Shown: one piece after another, positions 1 through 12,119 of the stretch
Numbering within the stretch: position 1 is the stretch's first letter
Layout: every line of letters starts with the position of its first letter
NCBI RefSeq assembly: GCF_004010195.1
Contig: NC_057754.1
Coordinates: 5,991,846-6,055,845 of the forward strand
From: Chiloscyllium plagiosum
Lineage: Eukaryota
Length of the DNA: 64,000 nucleotides
Reading direction: 5' to 3'
Notes under the pieces: model-generated
Told to the model about the DNA's origin: nothing
Seen by the model: the letters and a program-made list of their open reading frames with translations, nothing else
Databases searched by the model: none
Translations under genes and position numbers: made by a program

Positions 1-64
1 CTAGCCTGGTTATTGAGAGAGAGTAAATGAGGGTCATCAGCCTGACTCCTGAGATGTGTAGATA

Positions 65-250
65 GTTAAGGGCTGCAGATTCTGGAAGTCAGAGTTTATA
101 CAATGTTGATCTGGGGAAGTGCAGCAGGTGAGACAGCATCAGAGGGGCAGGAAAGTTGATGTTTTGGGTCAGGACACTTTGTCAGACCGGATGAATAGTC
201 CTGACCCGAAACATCAATTTTCCAGCCCCATCGTATCCATGCTGGTCATC
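65..250. mobile_element. Penelope-type pseudo-LTR fragment with internal inverted repeat and decayed hammerhead core
   Basis: gaaagttgatgttttgggtcaggac is inverted relative to gtcctgacccgaaacatcaattttc; ggatgaa...cgaaac resembles CUGAUGA...GAAAC. Confidence 0.55.
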
Positions 251-589
251 AAGCGCCTATTTATTCTAGTCCCACGTTCTGGCACTCCGTGTAACATCTT
301 GGTGTGATCATCTAAACACTTCTTCAAGGCTGCAATGTTTCTTGCATCTGTCGCCATTTCAGATGCTGACAGACTTGCTGAGGATGTCCAGCAATTTATG
401 TTCTTATTGCAGATTTCCACCATTTTGTTGAAGCACAAAGTCATAGACATGTATTAGTTCCATATTTTGTTGACTCACATTTCTGAGATGGCAGGACTAA
501 TGGCTGAAGAGGGACTCAATCCTCGTTTAATCCTCCTTTTCTTTGGCTTTCTGAGCTGCTGACTACATCACTAATATTCTATCTCCCAT

Positions 590-1600
590 TCCCTGACCTG
601 AATCTGACCCATCTAAGCCGACACTTTAGTTCCCAGCCCCCTGCCAGACTAGTTAAAACCTCACCAATGGAACTGCAAAAGCCCCCATCAGATTTGTCTC
701 AGTTCTGCCCAGGGGTAACCGGTCAGGCTGGTATAGCACCCACCCAGAAACAGTCGCAGTGCCTGAAGAATCTAAACCTTTCTCTGGTACACCATTTCCC
801 CAGCCACATATCCAGCTGATCTACCCTCTTATTCCTGCTCTCACTAGCACAAGGCACTGGGAGTAAGTCTGACCTTATTACATTCCAGGAGCGACATTTT
901 AATGCATCTCTGTTCTCCCTATATCTAGCTTTCAGGCCCTCATCCCTCTGTTTAGCGATGTTGTTGGTATCTTTGTGTCCCACCACCACGGGCTGTTTGA
1001 CTTCCAGCTCCAGAAAGTCCTGCAGCCGCTCCATGATATTGCGAATCCTAGCTTCAGGAGGTAACATACCATCCTGGATTCATGTCTATGGTCACAGCAG
1101 TGCCCGCCCTAACCCTGAGCATTGAATCTCCTGTCACTATAGCCGTGTTTCCTCTCTTTCCTCCCGCTCTGTGCAGCGGAGCTCTCTGTGGTGGCATGAC
1201 CCTGGCTGGTGCTGATTTCCCGAGAAGCTACCCCACCCATTTCCGCCCTTACAGAATCCCAAGCGGGATACAGTATCTGTATGAGAAGGGGATGACCACT
1301 GGGGACTCCTGCACCCCCTTCCTGAGCCTCTTACTTGATCTGATGGTCACCCATTCCCTTTCTGCCTGTGTAGCCCTCACCTGCAGTGTGACTAACTCAC
1401 TAAACATGCTGTCCATAACATTCTCAGATGCTCCACAGTGAGTCCACTCACACTCCAGGTCTGAAAAGCAGTTTCCCAGTAACTGCAGATGAGCATACTT
1501 GCAGCACACATAGCCGTCAGGCACACTGGAAACGTCCCTTATTTCCCACATTGTACAAGAGGACCACACCACGGGTCTGAAGTGCCCTATCACAACATCT
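590..1600 (-). mobile_element. CR1 LINE ORF1 remnant (Cys-rich N-terminus plus SGNH-esterase-like region), disrupted
   Basis: Minus-strand peptides PVVWSSCTMWEIRDVSSVPDGYVCCKYAHLQLL and LPPEARIRNIMERLQDFL..QPVVVGHKDTNNI..SDLLPVPCASESRN match typical CR1 ORF1; several frameshifts. Confidence 0.8.
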
Positions 1601-1894
1601 CTCTACATTCATCTCGTTACTCCCATTAAGAAAATTTAAATGAGTGAGCAACCTTCCTTCACTTCAAACATGTACATTATAATAAAAAAAATCTTTACTT
1701 CAGCAGATATGTCAAACTTTAAAAACTTAGATACTCCGCAGGTATCACTGAGAAATTGGCTGTTCCCATTGGGACCACGTGAAATACTGAATGGCCTGAA
1801 CTAAACTTGAGTTTCAGCTTCACCTTCTCCCAGTCTCACCTCACTCTGTTTACACCCAACTCCAAAACACTCTCATTGAGCCAAGCAACACTCT

Positions 1895-2056
1895 CAGTAC
1901 AGCCTTGTCATTTTCAATGTGTGCTCACACCTACACTGCCCTCAGCCTCCTGTACTGTTCTAATGCATCTCAATGGGAGCTCAGGAACAGCATCTCATCT
2001 TTCAGTTCAGCCCTTTGTAACCCCAGAGTCAACATGGACTTCAGCAGTTTCTGGAT
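1895..2056 (+). mobile_element. Penelope-like GIY-YIG C-terminal remnant
   Basis: Spliced across frameshifts it reads LSLLYCSNASQWEL/EQHLIFQFSPL*P/VNMDFSSF, matching the EEHLIFYLGTFQPHGI end seen in the copy at ~4075-4130. Confidence 0.65.
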
Positions 2057-2329
2057 GAACAGACAGTTGTCAGAATCTGGAATGTTCCACCTGAAATGGT
2101 GTTGGAATTTGAGTCCACAAGGAAATTCAATGAGAAGCTTGCACGGAATTAAAAGTAGGGAGTTTACAGGTTAACATCATGAAGTGGGTGACTGGGACTA
2201 AATCTGGCATTTGGATAAATCTGTGCTCTCTCTCAGGCCAATACCTCCTTCCACAGCTGCAGGGCCAAGAATTGAACACATACCCAAAGGGTGCTCTGAC
2301 CATGAACTTGAACATCTTTCTGCTTTTTG

Positions 2330-2485
2330 CTTGACAAAACTATTGGTGATATTTTCCCAGACTGAACAAACTTTTCTCGTTCCACAGTTAAATGCCAATG
2401 ATATTCAGATCCTGATGACTCCGCTGACTGTAGAAACTTGTTTTTGAGATCCCAGTCTCAATTATTCTCAATTAATATCCAATAA
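2330..2485 (-). pseudogene. Orphan start of a ZNF coding/last exon (no fingers retained)
   Basis: Minus-strand tcatcaggatctgaatatcattggc is shared with ~10975-11000 and with the ZF exon at ~60357-60380; the acceptor AG appears lost. Confidence 0.45.
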
Positions 2486-2599
2486 AATGAATTCGCAAAA
2501 CAAAGCTCACAATCAGTGCAAGGTGAATAGTGATGGCGAACACTTCTCTTGGTATGTGTTTGATGTGAAAACACTCCTCTTGAAATCGCCCCGCCCCCC

Positions 2600-2740
2600 C
2601 CCCCCCCAAAAGAGGACATGTGCATGTGCCTTGCTGTACCTTGCCCCAAATAAAGATGGCGGCCATAACCCAGGACCTCTCACTGCCTGAGCTGTTTTCC
2701 CCTTTGCTGCAAACGTGGGACCAAGATTTTCTAATTCAGA
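2600..2740 (-). promoter_or_regulatory. YY1-containing first-exon/promoter module, decayed
   Basis: AAGATGGCGGCC at ~2653-2664; alignable by eye to 15765-15890. Confidence 0.5.
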
Positions 2741-2896
2741 TTAACGACCTGCACAGGTTATGACTAAACCCTCCCAGACTACACTGATACATCTCATCCG
2801 GTTTCTGCTGCCAGTCTCCCCTTTCCGCCTCCTGCAAACACCAAGGGTCATCACGGGTTCTGTGACCCTTCATCAGAACCGAAGACAGCTGGGAAA

Positions 2897-3090
2897 AGTA
2901 GAATCCCTACAGCGTGAAAACGGGCTCTTCGGCCCAACAATTCCACACCCACCCTCTGAAGTTCATCCCACCCAGACCCATTCCCCTCCCTATTACTCTC
3001 CATTTCCCCGGACTAATGCACATCCCTGAACACTACGGGAAATTTAGCTGGGCCAATTCACCGAACCTGCTTATCTTTGGACTACAGGAG
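2897..3090 (-). mobile_element. HE1/V-SINE-type SINE, 3' part
   Basis: Reverse complement matches the body and tail of the full SINE at 37956-38271 (aatttagc..gccaattcacc..acctgc..atctttgg). Confidence 0.75.
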
Positions 3091-3419
3091 ATAGGGGTTA
3101 AGAGTAAATAATAGGTGGGGACAGAGCGCAAAGAGAGACAGGAACATTTGGAAAGACAAAGGAGTGAATAACAATTTGGTGGGACGGTGGAAAGCTGTTA
3201 GTGGAGGAGACAGGAACCTGGTAGCATCTGAGTGGCGGTGGTGGAAATGGTGACTGATGAGTTACGTTGTGGCTGCAAAAAGGTCCCGGAGCTTCAAGTT
3301 GCCTGTCACTTTAACACACGAGCCTGTTTCCTGTCCAACATCTCTCTCTCATGCTTACTGCAGTGTTTCAGTGAAGCTTGATACAAACTGGCAGAACACT
3401 CCAGAACATACCAAATTGT

Positions 3420-4420
3420 CTCCTATTTCAAGGACTGCAATTTCCCCTCCCATGTAGTCAACAATGCCCTCCAGTGTATCTCCTCCCCTTCCTACACCAC
3501 TGCCCTTGAACCCCACCCTTCCAATCCCTACAAGGATGGGATCCCCCTACTCCTCACCTTCCACCCAGATACAACACATCATTCTCTGCCATTTCCACCA
3601 CCTCCAATCAGACCCCACCATCAGAGATATGTTTCCCTCCCCTCCCCTTTCAGCATTCCACAGAGACCATTCCCTCTGTGACTTCCTCGTTAGGTCCACG
3701 CTCCCCACCAACCCATCCTCCACTCCCAGCACCATCGCGTGCCACTGCAAGTGGTGTATAACCTGTGCCCACACCTTCCCCTCACCTCCATCCAATGCAC
3801 CAAAGGATTCTCCCACATCCAGCAGAGATTCCCCTGCCCACCCAAACACATCAACTATTGTGTCCTTTACTGTCAATGTGGTCTCCTCTACACTGGGGAG
3901 TCAGGACGCCAACTTGTGGAATATTTCAGGGAATATTTCTGGGAGACATGCACAAACCAATCCCACCGCCCTGTGGCCGACAACTTCAGCTACATCCCCT
4001 CCACCGCCACGCTGCCAAGGACATGCAAGTCCTGGGTGTCCTCCACCCCCAAATCCAAGCCACCCGACGCCTTGAGGAAGAACACCTCATCTTCTACCTT
4101 GGAACCTTTCAACCACACGGCATCAAGGTTTCCTCATCTCCTCTCCCCCACCTTATCACAGATTCAACCCTCCAACTCGGCACTGGCCTCCTGAACTGTC
4201 CCACCTCTCCATCTTCCTTCCCAATTATTCATTCCACCCTCTCACCACTACGCCCCATCTACAACCACCTATTGTCTCCCTTGCTCCCTTCCCCAACCCC
4301 AAACACCCCTTCCTATTTATCTCTCAGCCCTCTTCCCCCACCTTCCACATTTCTGATGATGTGCTGACATGCACAATACGTCAATTCTCCTGCTCCTTGG
4401 ATACTGTCTGACCTGCTGTG
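3420..4420 (+). mobile_element. Penelope-like retroelement 3' part (linker, GIY-YIG endonuclease, pLTR), disrupted
   Basis: Peptides FPSPPLSAFHRDHSLCDFLVRS, INYCVLYCQCGLLYTGESGRQLVEYFREY and RRLEEEHLIFYLGTFQPHGI; ctgatga at ~4353 is followed by the pLTR motif ctgacctgctgtgcttttccag. Confidence 0.85.
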
Positions 4421-4424
4421 CTTT

Positions 4425-4905
4425 TCCAGTGCCACACTTTAACACAAGCTGGAAGAACAGCACCTCATCTCCCAGTCGGGGACCCTGCAATCCTCTGGCT
4501 TCAACATCAAATTCAATAATTTTTGGTCCTGAACTCTCCCACGTCCTAGTGTATTTGCCCCCTACCCCACATACCAGGCCTTGTTACTACATAGCCTGCC
4601 AATACACACTACCTATGGTTAGCCACTAACAGTCTCCATAAACAGCTATTCACCCCCCCCCCAGCCAAATCGTTATCCACTCCTTTGTCCAACTGCTCCT
4701 ATCTCTTTCTTTGGACTCTATCCCCCACTATCATTTACTCCTTAACCCCTACCTTCTGCATAAAAACCGACATTATTTTTCTCAGTAGCATCAGTTCCTG
4801 AGGATGGGTCACCGAATACAAAATGCGAACCGATTTCACTTCACAGATGCTGCCAGATCTGCTGAGCTTTTCCAGTACTTCCGGTTGTTGTGTATGATTT
4901 ACAGT
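4425..4905 (+). mobile_element. Second Penelope-like 3' fragment with pLTR
   Basis: KLEEQHLISQSGTLQSSGFNIKFNNF, then ctgagga at ~4798 and cagatgctgccagatctgctgagcttttccag. Confidence 0.7.
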
Positions 4906-5204
4906 TCTTTCAATTTACTTGGAGTATCTAATTCAGTTCTAGCAGACTGAAACAGTGTTTATCAACCCACCCAGTCCACACTAACTCCATCTCTCTCCCA
5001 GTCTCTGCTGTCTCTCCCACTCCATTCACACTCACTGAGACCCCCTCAGAGTGACACGGCGCCTGCAAAGCTGATGGTCATGTGTTGGCCTGCTGGACCC
5101 ACCCCTCATTCACTCCCATTCACGCCAACTCTCCTATTGGTCTGAAGCTGTGTCAATCAGCCAGGCCCCATTGTGACCTGAGTGGTGGGATCCTCCCAGG
5201 TGCA

Positions 5205-5590
5205 TCAGAGGCTGAGGGTGACCTCACAGAGGTTTATAAAATCATGAGGGGCATGGGTAGGATAAATAGACAAGGTCGCTTCCCTGGGGTGGGGGAGTCC
5301 AGAATGAGAGGCCATAGGTTTAAGATGAGAGGGGAAGAATTTAAAATGGATTTGAGTGGCAATTATTTTTCCCCACTGAGGTTAGTGCGTGTATGGAATC
5401 TTCTGTCAGGAAGTGAAAGATGTTGGTACAATTATACCATTTGGCATCTGGATGGGTATATGAATAGTAAGGGTGCAGAGTGATATGTGCCAAGTGTTGG
5501 CAAATGGGTCTAGATTAGGTTGGGATATCTGGTTGGCATGGACCAGTTTAACCAAAGGGTTTATTTTCATGCTGTACATCTCTACGGCTC
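5205..5590 (+). mobile_element. CR1 LINE 3' end
   Basis: GDLTEVYKIMRGMGR..RGHRFK..RLVRVWNLL followed by the CR1 3' UTR. Confidence 0.85.
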
Positions 5591-6077
5591 TGCCCTGTGA
5601 TGAGCTTCATCATTCACAGTGAATGGGTCAGTATCACAGAGCACAGGGGCTGGGGGCTATTCAGCCAATTGGGGCTGTACTTTATCCCTCTGAAGATGGT
5701 GCCAGTCAGTCCCAACTCACCTCCCATTTGGACATAGTCCTCCAAATCCTTCCTAAACAAAGTTAAATTTCAAATTTGTTTAGACAATAACTACTGAATC
5801 TGCATCCAGTTGTCTTTCAAACTGTTCCAGATGCTCAGAACTTAGTTAGTAAAATAATCTTCACATTTTTCTTTGCATTATTTGCCAGTTACCTGAAAAT
5901 AGTTACCAAAAATTGTGACGTTAAAAATTTCTCACTGTCTCTCTGTAAATGATACACCCTGGAAACAAATCAACTCCTGGTCGAAATCACTGCTTAACCT
6001 TCTGAACTCCAAGGAGAATTGTCTGACCTTCTGCTAACTCTCCATAAAAGAGAAACCTATCTTAATTTTAATTTATA

Positions 6078-7104
6078 AGTGCCATAGACATGTACAGCAC
6101 AGAAACAGACCCTTCAGTCCAACTTGTCCATACCGACCAGATATCCTAAATTAATCTCGTCCCACATGCCAGCACTTGGCCCATAGCCTTCTAAACCTTT
6201 CCCAATCACATATCCAATGAGATGCCTTTTAAATGTTGTATCTGTACCAGCCTCCACACTTTCTCTGGCAGCTCATTCCATACACATACCACGTTCAGCT
6301 TGAAACTTTGCCCCTGATATCCCTTTTCAATCTTTTCCCTCACGCCTGTGCTTTCTAGTTTTGGACACACCTAAACAGGAATAAGACCCTGGCTGTTTAC
6401 CCTATCCGTGACCCTAACGATTTTATCAACCTCTATGGTCATCTCTCGGCATCCGATTCTCCAGTAAAAACAGCCTCAGTCTACTCAGCCTCTCCCTATA
6501 GCTCAATCCCTCAACCCTGGCAACATCTTTGCATCTTTTCTGAATCGTTTCAAGTTTCACAATATCATTCCAATAGCGGGGAGACCAGGACTGAAAGCAG
6601 AATTCCAGAAGTGGTTGAACGAATATCCTGTACAGCCGCAAAATGACGTCATAACTCCTGTACTCAATGCACAGACTAATAAAGGCAAGTACACCAAACA
6701 CTTTCTTCACTACCCTGCCTATCTATGATTCCACTATCAAGGAACTATGAAACTGCACTCCAAGGTGTCTTTGTTCATCAACACTCCCCAGTACCTTCCC
6801 ATTAAGTGTATAAGTCCCACCCTGATTTGCTTTTCAAAAATGCAGAACTTCATATATATCTAAATTAAACTTCATCTACCACTCCTCAGCCCATTTGATC
6901 GGAGTCTCATTGTACTTTCAGGTAACTTTGCTGTCCATTGCACCTCCAATTTTGGTGTCTATTGTAAACCTACTAACCATAGCTCCTATATTCACATAGA
7001 AATCATTTATATAAATGGCAAAAAGCAGTGGACCCAGCACCCAGCCTGACAGCATATTGCTCATCACAGGCTTCCAGTCCAAAAAGCACCCTCCACTATG
7101 ACAC
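6078..7104 (-). mobile_element. CR1 LINE, 5'-truncated (RT C-terminus to tail)
   Basis: GWVLGPLLFAIYINDF, LRLYRIFVQPLLEFCFQSWSP; tail near 6080. Confidence 0.9.
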
Positions 7105-8170
7105 TGACTGCTCAGCAAGGTTAGAGCTCATGGCATACAGGGAGAACTAACCATTTGGATACAGAACTGGTTCAAAGGCAGAAGACAGAGGGTGGTGATG
7201 GAGGGTTGCTTTTCAGACTGGAGGCCTGTGACTAGTGGAGTGTTACAAGGATCACTGCTGGATCCACTACCGTTGTCATTTATATCAATGACTTGGATGT
7301 GAACATAGGAGGTATAGTTAGTGAGATGACACCAAAACTGGAGGTGCAGTGGACAGTGAAAAAGATTACCTCAGAGTACAATTGGATCTTGATCAGATGA
7401 GTTAATGGGCTGAGGAGTGGCATTTTGGGAAAGCAAATCTTTGCAGGACTTATACACTTAATGGTAAGGTCCTGAGGAGTGTCACTGAACATAGAGACTT
7501 GGAGTGCAGGTAGATAGGACAGTGAAGGCGGCATTTGGTATCCTTTCCTTCATCGGACAAAGCATTGAGTACAGGAGTTATGAGATCATGTTGCGGCTGT
7601 ACAGGACATTGGTTAGGCCACTTTTGGAACATTGCATACAAATCTGGTCTCGCTCCTATTGGAAGGATGTTGTGAAACTTGAAATGGTTCAGAAAAGATT
7701 TACAAGAACGTTGCCAGGGTTGGAGGATTTGAGCTCGGCTGGGGGTTGAACAGAGGTTGAATAGACTGGGGCTGTTTTCCCTGCAGCGTCGGAAGCTGAG
7801 AGGTGATCTTATCTATGTATATAAAAACATGAGGTGCATGGATAGGATAAATAGACAAATGTTTTCCCTAGCGTGGGGGATCCCAGCACGAGAGGGCATA
7901 GGTTTATGGTATGAGGGGAAAGACTTTAAAGAGACTTGAGAGGCAACGTTTTCACACAGAGGGTGGTACGTGTATGGAATGAGCTGCCAGAGGAAGTGGT
8001 GGAGGCCATTAATATTGCAACATTTAAAAGGCATTTTCATGTGTATATGAATAGGAAGGATATGGGCCGGGTGCTAACAGGTGGGACTAGATTGCATAGG
8101 GATATCTGATCAGCATGTATTGGTTGGACCGACGGGTCTCTGTTTCTGTGCAGACAATCTATGACTCTTT
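7105..8170 (+). mobile_element. CR1 LINE, 5'-truncated (RT to tail)
   Basis: MLRLYRTLVRPLLEHCIQIWS, LRGDLIYVYK; ends ctatgactct. Confidence 0.9.
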
Positions 8171-8289
8171 GACCTTCCAGCCAATTCCGTATCCAACCAG
8201 CGAGTTCCGCCAGAATTTTATGGTGTTGAACCTGCTAACCAATGTGTTATGTGAGACCTTGTGTCTTTCTGAAGTCCAAGTTAATGATT

Positions 8290-8920
8290 TCAATGCACAA
8301 AGCCATGCTGACTCTCCCTAATCATTTCTTGCTTTCCCAATGACATGTAAATACTGTCCCTGAGAATCCCTTCCAACAACTTCTCTGCCATTGACTTCAG
8401 GCTCACCGGTCTATAGTTCCCTGGCTTTTCCTTAACACCTTTCTCAAATAATGGCACCAGTCTTCCAGCACCTCACCTGTGGCGATCGATGATAAAAATA
8501 TCGCAGCGAGGGCACCGCAAAAGCTTCCCTTATTACCCACAAAGTTCAGGAATACACCTGATCAGATTCCAGGAATTTATCCACCTTTATGCATTTTAAG
8601 ACATCCAGTACCTCCTCCTCTGTAATATGTACACTTGCCAAGTTATCACTATTTATTTATCCAACTTCTCTAACTTCCATATCCCTTTCAGTAAAATCTG
8701 AGAATCTCTCCCACCTCCTACTGTTCCATAGACAATCTTGTTGATCTTTGAGGGTCGCTATTCTCTGCCTAGTTATTCTTTTGTCTTTAGTGTATTTGTA
8801 GAATCTCTTTGGATTCTCCTTAAACCTATTTCCCAAAGCTATCTCATGTCCCCTTTTTTGCCTCCTGGTTTCCCGCGAGTATACTCCTACTGCCCTTATA
8901 GTCCTCTAGGGATTCACACA
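8290..8920 (-). mobile_element. CR1 ORF2 internal fragments
   Basis: Reverse complement resembles the EN-RT linker (gagaatccaaagagattctac; SPGPD-like segment). Confidence 0.7.
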
Positions 8921-8929
8921 AACACAGTG

Positions 8930-9523
8930 NNNNNNNNNNNNNNNNNNNNNNNNNNNNNNNNNNNNNNNNNNNNNNNNNNNNNNNNNNNNNNNNNNNNNNN
9001 NNNNNNNNNNNNNNNNNNNNNNNNNNNNNNNNNNNNNNNNNNNNNNNNNNNNNNNNNNNNNNNNNNNNNNNNNNNNNNNNNNNNNNNNNNNNNNNNNNNN
9101 NNNNNNNNNNNNNNNNNNNNNNNNNNNNNNNNNNNNNNNNNNNNNNNNNNNNNNNNNNNNNNNNNNNNNNNNNNNNNNNNNNNNNNNNNNNNNNNNNNNN
9201 NNNNNNNNNNNNNNNNNNNNNNNNNNNNNNNNNNNNNNNNNNNNNNNNNNNNNNNNNNNNNNNNNNNNNNNNNNNNNNNNNNNNNNNNNNNNNNNNNNNN
9301 NNNNNNNNNNNNNNNNNNNNNNNNNNNNNNNNNNNNNNNNNNNNNNNNNNNNNNNNNNNNNNNNNNNNNNNNNNNNNNNNNNNNNNNNNNNNNNNNNNNN
9401 NNNNNNNNNNNNNNNNNNNNNNNNNNNNNNNNNNNNNNNNNNNNNNNNNNNNNNNNNNNNNNNNNNNNNNNNNNNNNNNNNNNNNNNNNNNNNNNNNNNN
9501 NNNNNNNNNNNNNNNNNNNNNNN
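8930..9523. other. Assembly gap
   Basis: Run of N. Confidence 1.
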
Positions 9524-10504
9524 TATGGAGGCAATGACAGATGAGGACAGAGAAACAATCATTTATCAGTAAAGAGGTAGTGTTGGGAAAGCTAACAACT
9601 CATCCTTATCTCTATAATTCCTCTCTAGCTTCAGAACTATCACTATCTCTGCATCAAAAACATCTCAATCTCTGCAACATCCTCCAATCTCTAATCCCCT
9701 CCAGTCTCAACACCCTATCTTTAATCATGTCCACCCTCACAAATCTCTGTGATGTGCCTTTCTTTAATTCCAGCCTTCAGGATAACCCATTTTTATTTCA
9801 GAATTCTGCACCCAGACCTCCACAATGTCCTGCTTAACCTCTGTCACATTTTCCTCCAAAAAACATTAATCAACCACGTATCATCTATTCTAATATCACC
9901 TTCTCTGACCTGGTTTCTATTGTGGCTTGTCATATTCCTATATTACGCATCTGTGGTCTACATGACAGAAAATGGTTTTGTGGTCCATTGGGTTTATGCT
10001 GTCAGGAAATCTCCCAGCTTGCTATTTTAATCCCATTTTCCAGCACAGAGCCCAGAGACCTGTCAGCCTTGGCCCTGCAAGTGTGTTCCTAAATAGATTT
10101 TAAATGCCATCGGGATTTCTGTCTCTCACTCTCTTCCAGACAGTGAGGTTTAGTGCAACTGTTGCTCTATGCTGTCACCCACAGGGTTCAGAGCAGCTGG
10201 GTCTGTGCGAACCACGGATCGCCTACACATTGTGAAGAATGGCAGGGTCCCTGAGAGCGGCACAGGAGATTAACCAGGATGGTTCAAGGAAAGGGGGATT
10301 TTAGTTGCAGAATTTGTGGGGCTTTTTTAACATTTATTGTTCATGTGACATGTGTGTTGCTAATACACATCAAGAAAACCATCCACAATTAATGGACTCT
10401 CATTTTCAACCTCTCCCCCTGCCTGCGCTGTGGTAATATTCAGGTTAACCACTACCAGACATCTCTCTGTAATGAGAGAGCAGTCCTATGGTCGGGTATG
10501 ACAA

Positions 10505-10640
10505 TGCTGACTTGATCTTTTACACAGTGATGCCACTGTACCTCGGGGGTGGGGAAAGGGAATGCTGAAGGTGGTGGATGGGAAACCACTCAGGTACAGT
10601 GCTTTATCCTGGAGGATGTTCACTTTCTTTAATATTGTTG
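10505..10640 (-). mobile_element. LINE ORF2 C-terminal remnant (probably the same family as 13160-14150)
   Basis: NILQDKALYLSGFPSTTFSIPFPHPRGTVA. Confidence 0.55.
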
Positions 10641-10959
10641 AGGGGGGAGGGTGCACTGATGCAGGCAAGTGGAGAACGTTCCAACACAACCCTGATGTGT
10701 ACCTTATAGAAAGCAAACAGACATTGGTGAATCAGCGGTTTGGAAAAACTGAGATTGTTCTCCTTGTAGCAAAGGAAATTTGGAGAGCTGTGACAAAGCG
10801 GTTTACAAAAGTTACACGTTATAATAATAAACCTTACACCCATCAGCTCATTATACAAGGATTACAGGACACATGTTGAAGGTTTGGGAAAATCTATTGA
10901 GAGGATGGTTTGATTCAAAGGAGAACTTTTATTCAGCAAATGGTATTGATCTGGAACAA

Positions 10960-11056
10960 TACTATCACACAATATGAATATCCAGATCCTGATGAATGGA
11001 GTAATTCTGTCAGAGTTTGGCGTTACAATGACTGAGATTACCATCTGAATATCTGC
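10960..11056 (-). pseudogene. Orphan start of a ZNF-type exon with acceptor
   Basis: Minus strand ttgtattacag|gcagatattcagatgg...ttcatcaggatctggatat, homologous to 2395-2420; no fingers follow. Confidence 0.4.
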
Positions 11057-11269
11057 CTGTAATACAAGTTTATAAAATCCGTCACTGTCAGTTCAAGTTT
11101 GAAACTCATACAAACCCCTCCTCCTGGCCCACGATGACTGTACACATTACCCCTGGTGGAGGTTAGCAGGCACTTCAAGGGCAAATCTATGTGGGTTTAT
11201 ATGAGTTTCCACCTTGGGACTTCATGTGACTGAACATAGGACAGAATGTCCCAAGATTCAGTGAGATAT

Positions 11270-11420
11270 GGAGAGCAGGATTTGCTTCCTTTTCTTTCCT
11301 TCCGTTCTGCCGCTGTGCCTCCTCAATAAGACATGGGGTGTGAAAGGCTCATGCAGCTTGATGGGCAAGATGTCTCCATTCTGACCAATGGGCAGCAAGC
11401 TCCTCCCAGTCATGAAACAG
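11270..11420 (-). mobile_element. RTE-type LINE ORF C-terminal remnant
   Basis: Minus-strand translation across a frameshift DWEELAAHWSEWRHLAHQAA*AF/EAQRQNGRKE resembles the RTE C-terminal WExLAxDRxxWR motif. Confidence 0.5.
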
Positions 11421-11529
11421 AGTATCCCTGAAAAATAACAACTGAGCATGCTTCCCACTGACCAGTGCTCACAGTACATGTTTCGAATAATGAGGGGGGA
11501 AATCTCCTAGAAAAGGCATAACAGGAAAG

Positions 11530-12065
11530 TTCCAAAAGGATTATAAGCAGCTTACAGAGAGATATTCACAGGAAACGTGGGCAACAAGTTGGCAAATAGA
11601 GTATAACTTGGGATAAACTGTAGACAGCTGCACCATAAAGGGACTGGGGGAAAATGAGCAGGAAACACAGAAAGCTAGCACACAGTTACAACATGGAATC
11701 AGGAAGGGGAATGGAATGCTGTCCCTTATTTTAAAGAGTTTGCCATATAACAGTTTGGAGTATATACCTTAGTGCAACTAAACAAATGGCGAGTAAGACC
11801 ACATCTAGAGTAACATGAACAGATTTGGTCGCTTTCGTTAATGAAATAGAGCAGTTCATTGGAGGCATTTCAGAGAAGATCCATTGGGATGATCCCTGTT
11901 TTGAAGGGATTATCCTGTAAGCAAAGGTTGAATCAGTTGGGAATCTACTCACTGGACTTTGGAAGAATGAGAGGTGATCTCTTTGAAACATACAGGATTC
12001 TGTCGAGGTTTGACAGGGTAAATATGGAGAGGATGTGTCCCATTACGGGTGAGTCTTGAACCAGA
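11530..12065 (+). mobile_element. CR1 LINE RT C-terminal fragment
   Basis: EAFQRRSIGMIPVLKGLSCKQRLNQLGIYSLDFGRMRGDLFETYRIL. Confidence 0.85.
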
Positions 12066-12119
12066 TTCTGGGTCAGTCGCGGAATCAAGGGTTCTGTTTC
12101 AGATTTGTCAAGTTAAAGG

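Larger units (their letters stand above)
1..2663 (+). repeat. Segmental duplication, copy 1 (paralogous to 60832-64000)
   Basis: Colinear near-identity from ctagcctggttattgagaga to gatggcggc; parallel ORFs, e.g. 119..307 vs 60948..61136 and 1905..2174 vs 63258..63674. Confidence 0.97.

Noticed and set aside
8738..9562. Long ORFs here and at 50742-51510 and 56867-57396
   Set aside because: Artefacts of N gaps.
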